64,000 nt of DNA from Thermodesulfobacteriota bacterium (lineage in GTDB: Bacteria; Desulfobacterota_D; UBA1144; Nemesobacterales; JAJCZQ01). Position numbers and translations under genes: made by a program. The stretch covers positions 1 to 64,000 of the forward strand of contig CBDBDR010000015.1 in NCBI GenBank assembly GCA_965203965.1, read 5' to 3'. Shown piece after piece: positions 40,623 to 55,183 of the stretch. The number at the start of each line of letters is the position of its first letter. Positions within the stretch are counted from its first letter, which is position 1. The notes beneath the pieces were generated by a model that was not told where the DNA came from, made no database searches, and saw only the letters and a program-made list of their open reading frames with translations.

Positions 40623-43600
40623 TTAAAGGACCTCCCACTCATCAAGGGTAACCGTCTTTTCAAGATCCTTGCTGCCCCGACCAGGGTATGTTCCACTCCT
40701 ACTCCTACTTGATCTTCTCACACACACAGGCATCACTTTTACCTGCTGCTTAAGAACAGATCCACGCTCATCAATTACTAAAAGATGACCATTGCCAGTT
40801 AATGATAGTTTTTCGAATTTGCCAGGAACATGTCTCCAGTAGTCTCCTGTTGGATTAGAATCTGATACTCCATGTCGTGCGAGAAGGCTTCCTGATGGCG
40901 TGAGAGTGAATACTTTACTATTTGCTGCTGCTAGCTGCTTAGCTTGTTCTCCAGGTACTAGTTCCCACTGAGTGCCAACAGGAAAATCACTAGTCACTCC
41001 GATCCGTGCATATGCGTTATTATTCTTGTCACATGCCCACACAATCAGATCATCTGGACTGATTGCTATCTGTACAAAAGGCTGTGCATTGCCATCTACT
41101 GGTATCCAGGCTGGAGCCATGCCAGTACCAGGCTCACGAGGATGAATTCCAAACCGAAAGTGAATGTGACCAAGATGATCTAGTGCCCATGCCACACGGT
41201 TCCCAATAGCTAGTTTAACTACACTCAAGTTTTGCATGTGTGTGCCAAGCTCTATGTAGTCCCAAGAGATGCCATGCGGCATGCTAGATGTAATACTCTG
41301 TCGTGACCAGATCTGCTGTTTACTAACAACCCAGAGAGCAGAAGAAGATGCAGCCACGTTAGTGACCTTTCCTTGACACTCAACATGCTCTGTTCTGGTG
41401 TTCGATGGCACACAGCATAGCTCTCCATCATCCCGTACAACCCATGGTGCAATGTGGCCTGCTTCCACTTGGCTCCAAATACTGAGGTCAAAGATCTCAT
41501 CCTCGCAAATTTTCTCATAGCTAAATCCCGTAGCATTGCCCCAACATGCGTGTAGTTGACTGTCGGATGTTAAGACACAAACACCAGACTTCATGCAAGC
41601 AGATATTCCAAGCAAACGATGTGAAAGTCCTGCTGATATACGTGAGGACATTGACATTAGCAGACTGCCAGTATTAGATCGTTCTATTGACATGAACTTC
41701 AATAAAGAGTCAGTCGGTGAAGAAGCTGGCGTCTTGGAGATAGTGGAGTGTGTGGTTTCCCACCATTGGCCAGAGCCAGAGGGCTCATGAGAGGATGCCC
41801 CAAAGTGGAAGAATAATCTACTGTGTAAATTTACACCCCAGACTATACCAGATGCTGTGACACTGACTGCTGCTAGTAAAGGTGCCTTGCCAACCTTTGC
41901 CCATCCTTCCCCAATTGGAATAGAACCAGTGATTCCTTCTCTGACATACGATTTGCCAGCAGCATCAAGAGCCCAAACAATGCTGTCACAACAGGCAATC
42001 TGGGTAAAACACAAAGGATGAGTTGGGATTTCCCGCCATACAGAACCATCGGGAAGACCCTCGGACACTTCTTTCCTATAGAAGACCTTGCCATCTAACA
42101 TTAACATCCAGATAGCATTCTCATCACAGGCGATCATCTTTACTTGTCTCTTCATTGGTGTGTTCTTGGTTAGATTCTTCCATGTAGATCCAGACTGATT
42201 GAGATCGCTGATGCCAAGACGTGCATATGCATGTCCATTGTACACACCCCAAACAATTTTACCAGAGGAAGAGGAGGAGATAAGGTTCATAGGATGCTTC
42301 ACCGGTTCCCACCTGAGACGTCTGTTGTCTGGTCTGCTCCAAAAGACGGACCCTTTTAGGTCAGTGATCCAAAGTGATGTATTTGACAGGCACACACACT
42401 GCACATGACCACCGGGTATTGGAATTGGTGACCATATATCACCATTGTATGAAACACTGTCGGCACACATTGCTGGATCATCTATCACTGGTTTGTCTTC
42501 TGCTTCATCTTCCTTAGGCGAGACAAAAGATGTCATGATACGAGACCTGCGATGAGGCGGGAGAGCATCAGCAGGGTTTGATTGCTTAGTCTGCTTCACC
42601 AGATCTCCTAACATGTTGTAGAAACCTGATTCAACACGTGTCATTCTATGCGATATCTTCTTCTTTTCTTCCTCTTCATCCACATCCTCATCTGAGTCAA
42701 AATGATGGAGAGCTAAGTGTTCTTCTAGATCCTCGTCCATGCTGCTTTCTGATAGAGTATTCGACAGTTCTTGATCATGGCTGCTAGCTGATACATTCTG
42801 CTCATCTTTCTGTCCCGGTAATTGTGCCTGAGTAGGTGATTCTTCTTCCTCGTTCTCTTCTTTCAGTGCATAGGCTCTTCGTCGTTGAATGAATGGAGTA
42901 TGCTGGTCTGTTTTTTCGTCCACCTCTTTTACCTCTTCTTTAACAGTCAACAGACACTCGTCATAAGGCAATTCCTCTTCATTCTTTCTTTCATCGCTTT
43001 TCTCATTTGCAGGAACATTTTCTACCTCATCCTCATTGCTTTCACTTTGTTTCTCCGTCACGTTCACTATATTTTCTTCGCATTCTATTGTCTCATTTGC
43101 TGTATCAGCTTCTTTCTCTACAAGGCATTCTTTTTCTTTGAGGTCATCTTCACCAATTTCAGCGTCATCACAAGTTGTGACAACTGGAGGTAAGATCTCT
43201 GAAGAACTCTCATTGACAGATGTAACAGAGACTGGTTTGGTATCTTCAAGCTTCTCCTCTTCTTCTACTGCTTCGTGTAAGCGTTCAATTGAACTGTGTG
43301 TGCCTATAAAAACAGTTGAAAATACAGTAGTGAGCTAGTGAACACTGATAATGAATAGATTATACTGATAATAATTGAGTAAAGGTGTTGCTTACTAGAT
43401 GATGGAGTGAGTTTGTGTCTTTTCTTTCGTCTCTTAGTCTTGTTTCGTTTGGTTTTTGAAACAGACTGTACAACAAGGTCATCTTCATCTGCAACTTCAG
43501 CCATCTTTGTCCTCCGCAGCGTCTCCTCTTCTGATACCACACGAGTGACAGCCAACTAATGTACAGAAAATAAATGTGTGATTGTAACGGGACATGATAA

Positions 43601-45977
43601 TTCTGTAGAAGCTTACAAGAGGTGACTGCTCTGATACAGTTGTGCTAGGCTCCTGCTGAGGTGATTTAGGACGTATGAGCTGTTCACTGACAGAGGTCAG
43701 CTTGCTCTTGAACTCGGCTACTTGTAGACCAATCTTGATGTTCCGTGCCCTCACAAACAGACTGGGGCTACTGGCTGCCTGTATATCCTGAGTCTTGGGC
43801 TCTCTGTTCTCTGCCTCTTCATCTTGTTCACAATCTTCAGTGGTAGTCTTCAAGTCGCTGTCGGTGGATACGGTCTCATTTTGACTATAAGCAACACTGT
43901 CATCCATCGTGGTGATAGGACCATCTTTCTCTACATCATCTTCCTCCTTATTATCTGTCTCATTTGTCAGTGCAGCTATTTCCTCATCGTTGGGATTTGT
44001 GACAACAAGAGCAGGGAACTCTTGATTATTTTCAGACTGACTCTCCTCCTTTGTATCTTCTGCTGTCAACTCCTCATCGGCCACCACTTTCTCTTCTGGT
44101 TCATCATCTGCAATTGGTTTGATTTCCTCCATTATCGATTCTTCCTTATTGTTTATAACTTCTTCCTCTATCACTTCCCTTTTCTCTTCAACAGGCGAGG
44201 GTTGGGACACATCAATTGGCTCTTCTGCTGGCACAGATAATTTCACTATTTTTCTCTGGTGCCCCTTACACAGCAGGTACACATTCCCGCTGTCAGTAGC
44301 CATGTCTACTATACCCTGTCCAAGCGATATACCACCTATGCAGGTAAGTGACTGTGGCTCTAAGACTAGTACAGTGTTCTCATGTGAAGCAACCACCCAT
44401 TCATCACCAAGTGGCTGAATTGAAGACAGCTGCCATGATGATCGGAGTACAAGAGGAAGAAACACACCACCAAACAGTGGTATGACAGGATGTGAATGAT
44501 CCAAGAGAACATCCTTGTACTTGGCAGTGGACAAGACCTATGAATAGAATAAACACAATGAACAGTGATTGCTGGCACGATTCAATAAAGACTAACACAG
44601 TGCCAACATAATGTTGGTATCAGCTTTTAGAGATCCAATTTGAATGTAAAGCATTATACTAACCTTTCCTTGGTTATCTGTTAGCCATAATCTTAATCCT
44701 GGTCGACCAACTACTGCTTCACCTGAAGATGGTAAAAAACAACCTCCATATTCACCGGGCTTTCTAGGGCGGGAACCAACCTATAGTAAGAGAAGAAGGT
44801 GCTTACTATTGTCAATAAGTAAACATGATTGTCCCTAGTACACATCATTGCACTACTCTCCATGCATGTACTGTTCTGAAATATGGGAATTTTGTAAAAG
44901 ACAATCCCCATTTTGTGTATTGTATTTAGTACCATAAACAAAATCCTTGTGACCAAACTAAACAAAATGAGTCAGGAAGGAATGTGTATCGACAGTATGT
45001 CGATTATGAATTCTTTTTATGTGCTAAAATGTTATCATTCACAAAATATTTCACCAAAATGCTTCAGATAACAACTAACTTGAGTTGAAGCTCCAGTGTC
45101 TGTGTTGACGAGAAGAGGGAGGTTGAGAGTGGAGACTAGAAGATGGGGAGCGGAGTAGCTCAGTGATGTGACCTGAGAGCCACATTCCAGGAGTGGTGAA
45201 ATATCAAGATGAGCCTGAACCAAAACATAGTGGAAAAATAAACAATCAGACAGGTCCTTTCTAAGCTAGTTTTTAAACACCCACACCCACATTTGCATAT
45301 ACTAAATAATGGTTAATATACCTTGTCTTTGTTAAATGCAAACGATAGAAGCTTTCCTGATGCGTAACCAACAAACAATTTATCACCATTGTCATTCCAC
45401 AATATAGCAGTAACTGGACTACTGTCTCTCTCCTTCACATGATGTGACTTGACCTGAATTATGAAGAGGAATGCATAAGGACGTGTAGAAAGTAAATAGC
45501 TAATGAAGAAGACTAAGACAATGCAAGTTAGCTTGAGGAGTAGACATGAATGGTACATGTACTTACATGAGTTCTGTGAATGTCGGTTACAATCAACAAT
45601 CCGTCCGATAAGCCCAAAGCAAAAAAACTATGTGCACTGCACAATCTCACCCTCTTGACAGCTGACCTAGACTCCTTTTATGAGAAGCAAGCAACACATA
45701 AACATATTGCATACACAAGTGGAGACTGGAAATATAATATGCATGCATGTGCACAGGTACATTATAAGGTTACACTCACACTAAGCTCTCTAAGGACCCT
45801 CTTTGCTGCAGTGTCAATTACCCTGACATAGCCCTGTTCAGAGCCAACTGCAAGCAGGTCACCACACGCGTGTAGACACGTGTATTCCACACGCTGTCTG
45901 AAGAGTCCAATCTCACCAGGCAAGAGAGTGTTCACGACCAGTAGCTGGTCTTGCTCGCTGACAACACTTGCCGTCAT
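40623..45977 (-). CDS. TECPR2: Tectonin beta-propeller repeat-containing protein 2, multi-exon
   Basis: N-terminal WD40 (EYTCLHACGDLLAVGSEQG), acidic central linker, TECPR repeats (VWALD..G..Y.R.GI....P.G..W), C-terminal LIR-like DEWEVL. Confidence 0.88.
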
Positions 45978-46225
45978 TGCTGTTGGATTAGAAAACGAAC
46001 ACAATGACACAATGAGCATGAAAACAAGAGAAGGTAAGAAAGTAGAGGTGAGAAAGACATATAGCTGACCGTGGATGGTGGACGACTTGCTTCTTGGGTA
46101 GGCGTGGCAATCTTATTTTAGAAAGGAGGCGTTACCGAGCTGGCGCATGTGACCGTGTGACCTTAAATCGTTGTCGCATTTGCCAGCTGAGCTCTCAGCT
46201 TGTTCTAGCTGTGAAAGCGAGAGCA

Positions 46226-49200
46226 ATGGCTGGGATCATCCAAGATGACGCTCGGCTTCACCGTCTCTGCCACAATGGGAAAATGGGAGATATTAAAGAT
46301 TACTTGGACGTGATCCCGGAAGAGAACGTTGACGATCGTCTCAACAACAGGCGAGGCGTGTTCGGCTACACTCCATTACACGAAGCAGTCAGTGGCGGAC
46401 ATGATGTGGTGCTAGACTTTTTACTTGGAAAAGGTGGAGACGTGAACTGTCGTGCTAACTCAGGCTACACGCCACTGCACCTCGCTGCTAGCGCCGGACA
46501 CATCAACTGTGTAAAGGCTCTGCTAAAGCATGATGCAAACATCAGTTTCAAGGACGACTATGGAAAAACACCCAAACAGACCGCTGGACTGAGCTCCAAG
46601 AATAACATAGTCAAACTGCTCCGTAGTGAAGGTAAGGGAAAGGGCGAACAAGTTATATATCATAAGCCTGGGCCCGTAATGGATTAAAATCAACAGTACT
46701 CATTGTATCTGCATTAACTGTAAAGGAGCACCTGAGCTGCATAACTAGTAACAGCCATTTTGAAAGCTTTTTCAGTACATTTATAAGCCGACAGTCAAAG
46801 GACTATAAATGAAGACTTTCACAGTGTCACCACCAGGGTTGATAGAGTTGTTTTTGGACAAAAAAAAATAGCTGGTGTGTTTGAAATACCTTCTTGTACT
46901 GAATATGAAACTAGTAACCTAATGTACACATGCTTGTGTGTGTTTTTACCTACTGGTACTGTTTGAGTTTATGGGAGTTATCAGGTAGAGTACCTGCCTT
47001 GGCTAAGACAATAGTCCTAGCTCCAAACTAGCCAGTTTGAAACAATGGGTAGTGTCCCTCCCTCTCTTAAAATAGAACTTAGCAGTTTACACTATGATGC
47101 CATGCTTATAAAATGTGTGTGTAGTAACCACTTTGCCTGCCTTGGCTAAGACTAGCTCCAAACTAGACAATGGGTAGTGTCCCTCCCTCTCTTAAAATAG
47201 AACTTAGCAGTTTACACTATGATGCCATGCTGTCAGAGTTTATCAAATGTGTGTGTTGTAACCACTGATTGTGGTTTGAGATACACACACTGTATCTATT
47301 CCATTTTGCATGTGATTACATCAGAAAGGATGTTTTTTCAACAAACTTTTCATTGTATAATTTCCAATAAAGCGAAACTTTTCATAACAGCAAATCTTTC
47401 ATCCATAATTTATTAATTTTATTCACGTTTTTAACCTTTTTCAGAAATTATCAAGGAGGTAGAGAAAGAGGGTGACAACTTGACTGATCTTTTACGAGTA
47501 AAGAATGAGGAGTTGGAGAAGGACTGCCTCGAGCGAGCTCTCACAGCTGCTGTCACGACTGGTAACCACTTCAATGTGGGCAAGTTGATTGTTAAGGGTG
47601 CCACAAATATCGACAATGCCCTCAAGCAAGCCATCGAAACAAAGAAATACCATGCCACGGCCATGCTTCTTTTGGTTATTGCTGCTATGAAAGGAAATCG
47701 TCAGCTTGTTCTGAAGCTGTTTACTGAGTATTCTGGGGCTGTTGCTCTCCCTGAAGGTGTAGAAATCACTGAAGAGGATATCAAAGAAGTACAGAAAGCT
47801 GTTACATCTGGGCAAGTATCCACAGTCGTACCAATTGAGATAGCTCGAAGAAAGGGTCAGAATAGTGTCCGAGAGGAGCTGCTTCTTCGCACGGATGTGA
47901 AGCAAGATGAAGGCACCGTATATTGGCATGGGCTACGGCTGCTGAATATTGAGCTCTCCTGGATCAGAAAGATTCACTGGGTAAAGAGACTACGTCTTGC
48001 TCGAAATGGATTCCGCTTCATTCCAAGTGAAGTTGGACAATACTTGAAACAGGTAATTATCAATTACTGCCAAGTATTTACTTCTACATAAAACGTAGAT
48101 AATTGCCCAGATATTGGTTGAACTGCTTAGATTCTTGCGATTACGCTAGTACAATTGGCCAAGAAAAATAATGTCACCGCTTGCCATTCCTGTCGGTTTA
48201 CACTAATCCGCTAATTCATACATGTATCTGGCGATAAAGGTAGACAATTCAATGTGGTGTGGTAACGGACTAGGTATGTAAAGACCAAAAAGATTCAATA
48301 AGAGCTTACCTCGGCATTCATGCTTGATCAATACTACTGAAATTATATTAGGGATGATGGCAGTGCATCCCTATGTAAGGATGTATTAGCGTTCAAACGC
48401 TGATATTTCACCTGGTGGTGAATTGTGTATGTCCAGAGACACTTAGATCTGCTCTCTGGCGTTGACCCATCTTTATAGTACCAATGAGATTGTTCAAAAT
48501 TGTTACTAAAGTGATGAACCTGGAAATGGTGAAAATTGACTTTCGTCATCTTCTTTCTTTCTTCAGCACGCCTAGCGCCTTTACTCGAGCAGTGCCCAGC
48601 ATGAAACACCCACGAACAGCCATGAAATTTTGCTGCCAAGTGCCTTTTGAACTTAGTTTTTAGCGAAACAATGATATATATTCAACGATTTTACGATCAC
48701 AATCAGTTGTCAGCTAAGCATTAGACGCCATCTTGTGATATTGCGCAATATGCAATCACGCAAATACTACAACCCCATGTAGAGAGCAGCGCATATTGGA
48801 GTCTGGAGACTTCAATGAACAATTCAGTGAGTAAGATCGTGTAGGACCACCATTTTGCTACTTGCTAGATAGTAGAATAGCCGTACTGAATTTCTAAGCA
48901 ATAGTGGGCGAGGCTTGTATGAAGAGCTTTCATGTGTGGGTGAGCTAGTAGTTTCAGGATTTTGGAGATGCACAGCATAGTTTGGGCTACAAGTTAGAAA
49001 GCAAAGCCATCAACAACAGCAAAAACTAAACCAATGGTGGAAACTAAGAGCATCAATTCATGCATGCATTCTCAGTCAACACCATGCAGCACTCCCGGCC
49101 TATAGCCAGTAAAGCGTGTGTGGAGAGCATAATCAGAGTGAGTAGGCAGGAGTAGGACACTCATGCATTTGATTAGAAATTCCAAATCCACACATGATGG

Positions 49201-52200
49201 CTGTTTCTAAAGGTAGACTAATGAATAGTAGTGATGGCTGACAGTACATGTACGCTGTTTTTATAATGGATGGAACTGGACTTATAAAAGATAAACAGCA
49301 GATTTCTACTATCCCAAAGCGATCTTCCCTGTCTGCTAGTTCGAGTAGATACTGCTAAAGTGAGAAACGAGTAGAATCTGTGATTGTGGGCCATCATACT
49401 GGTTCTCTATGATGCATGTGGCAATCGTCTGTGAGTCATCATGGGTATAGAAAGCGAAATACTGCTTGATTGATTTGCCTATGTGTAGCTTAATCATCTT
49501 GTCAAAAGGATGTGGAAATGAAGACTGATCTGACAAAACTAAAGGCTCGTCTGCACTACAGAACTGGTTCAATGTGCATTAGTTAAAGATCAGATCATAG
49601 TGCATCGATCTGCTTACCACATGTCCGCACTGGTTGCAAATGCTGTTGTCATGTGACGTAAGCAACAGCTCGCTAAACAGCAAGAAAACTGGCCTTGTCA
49701 CATACTAACGCTATTCTAGTGTGTTTCGTGTCCTTTCTTTGCCCGAGCGCCGACCAGAGCTTCCATAGTACTAGTCACACGCCATGTGTTCGAGACCACT
49801 CCCATATCCAATCCAGTTCAAGTCACTTCAATGCACCTCCGTATGTGCACATCGATTCGCGTAGATTCACTTTTGTAAAATTGACGTGTAATGTAGACGG
49901 GATTAAACTACGCATTTTGAATGCGCATTGAACCGCATTAGAGCCCTAGTGCGGACGAGCCTTAACTAATTTGAAGTTTGAATAAGCTGCATTAGTAATT
50001 CATTACCAAAGTCAAGCAAACCATGAAGCACATCAGTTTTTCATTAACATTATTAATTTTCTCTTTTCCAGGTTGTGAAGTTGGATTTACAGCACAATGA
50101 GCTCACAGAAATACCTCGGTGTATCCTTGAGCTGCCTAGTCTAACCGAGCTCATCCTCTCCCACAATCATATTGTGGAATTGCCTGATATACATGAGTGG
50201 TCCGCTGGTCTGACAGTACTAGATTTGGCTTTCAATGAGCTAAGCAACCTCCCTAATACAATCGTAGCTCCCTCCATCAGGACACTGAATATCGGCGGCA
50301 ACAAGTTTCGCTTCGTTCCACTTTGCATCTGCTCCTTTACCAGCCTTCAATATCTTGATCTCAGTGAAAATGTTGATATTCTTTCTCTTCCTGTTGAGAT
50401 GGGTCGACTCTCTAATCTCACCAAGCTAGGACTGGTAGGTCTAAAGGATCTCAGTGATCCTCCACGTAATGTCCAGCGTGATGCAAGAGACTGCGTTCAC
50501 TACCTCAATAGCAAGCTTCGCAGTGCTAAAAAATTTTATCGCATGAAGCTTATGCTTGTTGGCAAGCAAGATCGAGGTAAGACAACTTTGGTAACTCGAC
50601 TGCAAGGCAATGAGATCGTGGGTCCCAACCAGTCTACGGTAGGTGTAGACGTGAGCGAGTGGAATTATGGTGGTATTGGCAAGCGCAAGTTTCAGTTTAG
50701 TATCTGGGACTTTGGTGGTCAAGAAGAATACTATGCTACTCATCAGTGCTTTCTCTCTGAGCGATCTATGTACCTCCTTCTTTTCAACCTCAAGCACGGA
50801 GAAAAAGGAGTCGAGGAGCTCAAACCATGGCTTGACAACATTGTCCTCAGGGCGCCACGTTCCTGTGTCATCATTGTTGGTACTCATCTTGATGAAGTGG
50901 AAGACTCAGAAAGGCCACAGATCGACCAACTTCTCAACAGTGTGGCCACTCTTGCCAGCAGCTATGGCAACAAGCTGCAAGTTCCTGAAGTATTGCCAGT
51001 TGGTCTTGTGAACAGGCTAGAGAACATAGGAGCTCTTCGCGAGGCAATATACTTACATGCTTCCGAGTTTAAGGCTCGAGGAAACCAGCCAATTATGGGA
51101 CAAGAGATTCCTGCTAGCTATTTTCAGCTCAACAAAGAATTGGAGAAGATACAACAACAAGTGAAAGAAAACAAGAGTGAGCCAATCATGCATGCCGAGC
51201 GCTTCAAGGATCTAGTTCAACAGCTGAAGCTCCCTGACATCCACAGCGATGGAGAGCTGCGAACAGCCACCCTCTTCCTCAACGAGGTAGGAACTATTCT
51301 CCACTATGATGATCGTAGCCACAACTTAAATGAGCTATATTTCGTGGATCCTCGTTGGCTTTGCGACATGATGTCAAAAGTTGTCACAGTCAGAGAAAGA
51401 AACAACTTTGTCAAGAATGGAATTCTCCATAGTATGTACATACCATTTCTTTATCGTGACAAACGATTTCCCTGGCAGTACTTTGAGCAGTATGTCACTC
51501 TTCTGGATCGCTTTGAAATAGCTCTTCCTCTCGACAACAAGCGAATACTTATTCCCTCCATGTTGCCCATTGAGCGTCCAAACGATGCTGATCTGTCTAG
51601 TCATCCAGATGGCCCTTACTACATGCGCTACATCACATTTGCTACTACTGTTCCTCCTGGATTCTGGAGCCGACTTATCTCTCGTATCATGCACACTGTG
51701 CCTGAAGTGTGCCATGCTGTTGATGTGAAAGCTGCCATGTCAAGTGATGAGGAGGCTATGGCATATTCTTATCCAGGAACACCAGATAAACCAGGTGACT
51801 TACTTATGGATTCTTCTGAGGCCGTCTCTCCTGCTGGACCTCAATCTCCCAAGCCACAGTCTCCTTTGTCTACTCCTTCTACTCCTTCTACTCCCGGTAG
51901 TCAGCCTACTGTTCACCCACCCCTTGTTTTGCCTAATATCAGTCGCATTATTCATGATGAAGACTTTGGCGATGTCAATCCTGAAGACATCAAACTGGTG
52001 TACTGGAGAGAAGGACTAGTGTATGATGGACCTACAGTTAGTTTTGCTGTGGAGTCACTGACAAGATCAGGGCATAGATCAAAATCTGGTAGACAAGGTG
52101 TGTTATTAAAGGCATCTCCTACTGGGAAAGGCACCAAGACTATCTGCCTCTTGGTCGACTTGGTATTGGCACTTATTCATGACTGGTATCCAGGCCTGAA

Positions 52201-55000
52201 CGAAAGTACCTTTGCCAGTGGATGTGGTGTTGAGCAATGCATCCCTTGCTATGAGTGCCTCAGAGAAAACCATAGTGATCCTTTTGAGTTTGAAATTGAG
52301 CAATCACGTCTACATATAAGTAACAATCAGATGCAGATACGATGTGGATACAACACAAGAGATGATTCAGCCAATCATTTAGTCCAATTAAGTGACATTG
52401 TTCCAGATATGCTCTTGAGAGATCTTGATGCTGTATTTCTCCTTAAGAATTCTGAAATCAAGTATCAAGAAGATGCCAATTCTTTGCTAGGTGAGGGAGG
52501 CTTTGGAAAGGTGTATCGAGGCAAGTGCAGAGATAAGAGTGTTGCTATTAAGAAGTACATAGTGAACAGCAGTCGTCTTGAAGATGCCTTCAGTGAGCTT
52601 CGAGCAGAAGCTCTTGTTCTTCAGAAGTCTCATCATCCGTGTTTAGTGTGTCTTGTGGGAGTCTGTGTTCATCCTATGATGGCACTGGTTCTAGAGGAAG
52701 CTCCCATGGGATCTTTAGAGAAGTACCTCATTAAGAAACCAATACCAATTTCTCGAGTTGTGATCTATCGCATGGCAGCTCAGATTGCAGCTGCACTAAG
52801 GTTTCTTCATAATACGGGGTACATCTTTAGAGATCTGAAAGCAGCAAATGTGCTCGTTTGGTCACTAGAGCCTGAGTCTTTGTGCCACTGCAAGGTAACA
52901 GATTTTGGCATCGCCACGCACCTCTCTCCAGTTGGAGCACTTGGAATTCAAGGAACAAAAGGGTTTATTGCTCCAGAGGTTCTCTACATTGGAAAGAGGA
53001 AGGCTGTCTATACTCACAAGGCTGACATTTTTTCTTTTGCAATGTTGCTGTATCAGATGATTGCTCGTCGCCATCCTTTTCATAATGTACAGCCAGTGAA
53101 GATTGATACGAAGGTTGTGAGTGGAGAGCGTCCGAACATTGTTGATGTCCCTTTCGCTGACACTGGTTACTTTTTCTTGACCTACTTGATGAAGAAATGT
53201 TGGGAAGACAGACCAGAGTTACGACCACAGACCAGTGATATCATCAACAAAGTGTCTGGAATGGTCATGCAGTCAGTGATGGCCATACATTCGGTGAACA
53301 GCCGCTTCTCTGTACGCCGTTGCTGTGCGATTACACCAAGTAACTATGCTCGTGCTAATGTAGGCAACCATCCAAGTGAGCTTTGGGTTTGTTGCGATGG
53401 GGCCGAGGGAGCGGAAGTTAATATCTACAGCACTCGAATGGTGAAGCTGAACAAAAACTTTATCAAAGATAATCAAGTGCAGTGCATGTGCGTGTGTGGA
53501 GACCATGTCTGGGTTGGATCACGAGCTGGCATTGAGTATGGAGTGATTGATATATTCAGCATCACATCACGCGAACTTGTTCACAACATCCGAATGAGAG
53601 AGAATTCAGTCTCCTGTATCACCTGCTCTGACTCAACTGTCTACCTCGGTACACTTGAGGGCTACTGTTTTGCTTTCTGCATGGATATCAAGGCCATTCA
53701 GTCGAATGCTCGTCCACGATATAAGTACATCTCTGAGAATGCAGTGGATGGTATCGCTGTGACTAACAAGCATGTATGGGTGTCTCACACTAAACTGATA
53801 TACTTCCTCAACCTTGAAACACTGCAAATGGAACACTCCTGGCACCGACAAGGGAATCAAGATGAAGGGAATCAAGATGCGTTCATTGGACAACTGTCAT
53901 GTTCAAATGATGGAAAGATCATCTGGAGTGCTCATCTTGGAGGAACAATATTATCTGCTTTTGATGCACACGATGAGACCCACTTGTACGATATCAATAT
54001 CCAGCAAGAGTTCATACGTTTAGTGGGGAAAGGAATCCACTCAGAATATGATATCATAATGACAGCCGTAACTCCAGCACTAGACACAGTGTTTGTGGGC
54101 ATGGCAACAGGTCACATCGTGGTATTCCATGAGCAACTAGTAATGATGATCGCTCGACCATACACAGAGTATGTGAGGTTCCTTTGTCCGATTTTATCAG
54201 AAGGCCCTTGCCAGACAGAAAAGTGCATGGTCTTGGCTGGAGCTAAAGGATTCACCAGCCCTTTACCAGAGTACGATGTTGTTCTTTCTACAGCCGACTC
54301 AGAGGAAGAAAAGGGACATCAATCAGCCGGTGTACTAGTGATGTTTGAAGCTTATCCTGGCCCAATGATAAAGCAGATGAAATGTCTTGAGGATGATGAA
54401 GGAGGCTATTTGTCATCACACACTAATCTCGCCAGAATGATTCGTAGTCAGCACTTCAAAGATGCTACTCATATCCTTGATTTAGCTGGAAAGAGTGAGA
54501 CACTGAGACCAGTTCTACAGAAAACCACCAAAGATTTTGAAGAAAGCGGCATTCGTCACTCTATGCTGACCTCCTCCATAGCTGGCTCTCTTCCCTCTAC
54601 TCCTATCAAACAATCAAATGAAAATTTTGAAGAGAAGAAAATTTCACCACTTCCCTCATCCACCGAGATAGATGGACAACCTCCTTGTAACAAGGAAGAA
54701 ATTATCAAAGAATTGGAATCTCCTCCTCGACCACGAGCAAGAACCAACACGGTTATTCAAGAGACAATGGATGTGGAAGTGCAAGGCCAAGCGGTACGTA
54801 TCTCCTGTCCCAAGCCAGCAACAATGTCAGAAGTTATGAGAGAGCTAGCCATCAATACATCAAAGGAGACAACTCAGAACCATTGTCTTGGGTATAGAGC
54901 TCTAGATTCGGGAATGATGATAAAGGTGCTCGCAGACGATGAACTACAGCAGTATCTCAAAATGGAGTCTCGACCCAGCCTAACCTTGATCCTAAAATAA
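46226..55000 (+). CDS. LRRK-like Roco kinase copy 1: ANK-LRR-ROC-COR-kinase-WD40-like plus PB1-like tail; exons 46226-46631, 47445-48052, 50072-55000
   Basis: Ankyrin GYTPLHEA/GYTPLHLA, LRRs, ROC RMKLMLVGKQDRGKTTL and IWDFGGQEEYYATHQCFL, COR PPGFWSRLI, kinase LGEGGFGKVYRG, VAIK, FRDLKAANVL, DFG, GTKGFIAPE. Confidence 0.92.
46993..47266. repeat. Two-copy tandem duplication (~140 bp unit) in Roco copy 1 intron 1
   Basis: cctgccttggctaagac...caatgggtagtgtccctccctctcttaaaatagaacttagcagtttacactatgatgccatgct...gtaaccact starts at 46993 and again at 47136, with small indels. Confidence 0.9.
49543..49962. mobile_element. PIF/Harbinger (Tourist-like) MITE, 420 bp
   Basis: TIR AGGCTCGTCTGCACTA / TAGTGCGGACGAGCCT (1 mismatch in 16), TAA on both flanks (49540-42, 49963-65). 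Confidence 0.8.
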
Positions 55001-55183
55001 CTATACTAGTGTGTGCTATGTGTATTGCACCTTTTACCAACTAGGACTCTACAATAGACTAATTTGATTTCAGTGTAAATTTGCATGCAGATCATTATTA
55101 TTTCGCGCTTTGGTTCGTCACGTCCACGTGATAGAGATCTCTTCTGGATGTGTCGAGAGTCGAGATTTTAATAGCAGGTGATC

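Noticed and set aside
46993..47266. Repeat considered as a CRISPR-like array
   Set aside because: Only two ~140-bp units, no spacers, inside a eukaryotic intron.
48730..48815. ATATTGCGCAATAT palindrome and gtctggagact repeat-like end
   Set aside because: No matching second terminus found; too short to support an element call.
48343..49931. Short ORFs in Roco intron 2 as transposase or nested genes
   Set aside because: All under 100 aa with no recognisable motifs; one overlaps a MITE.
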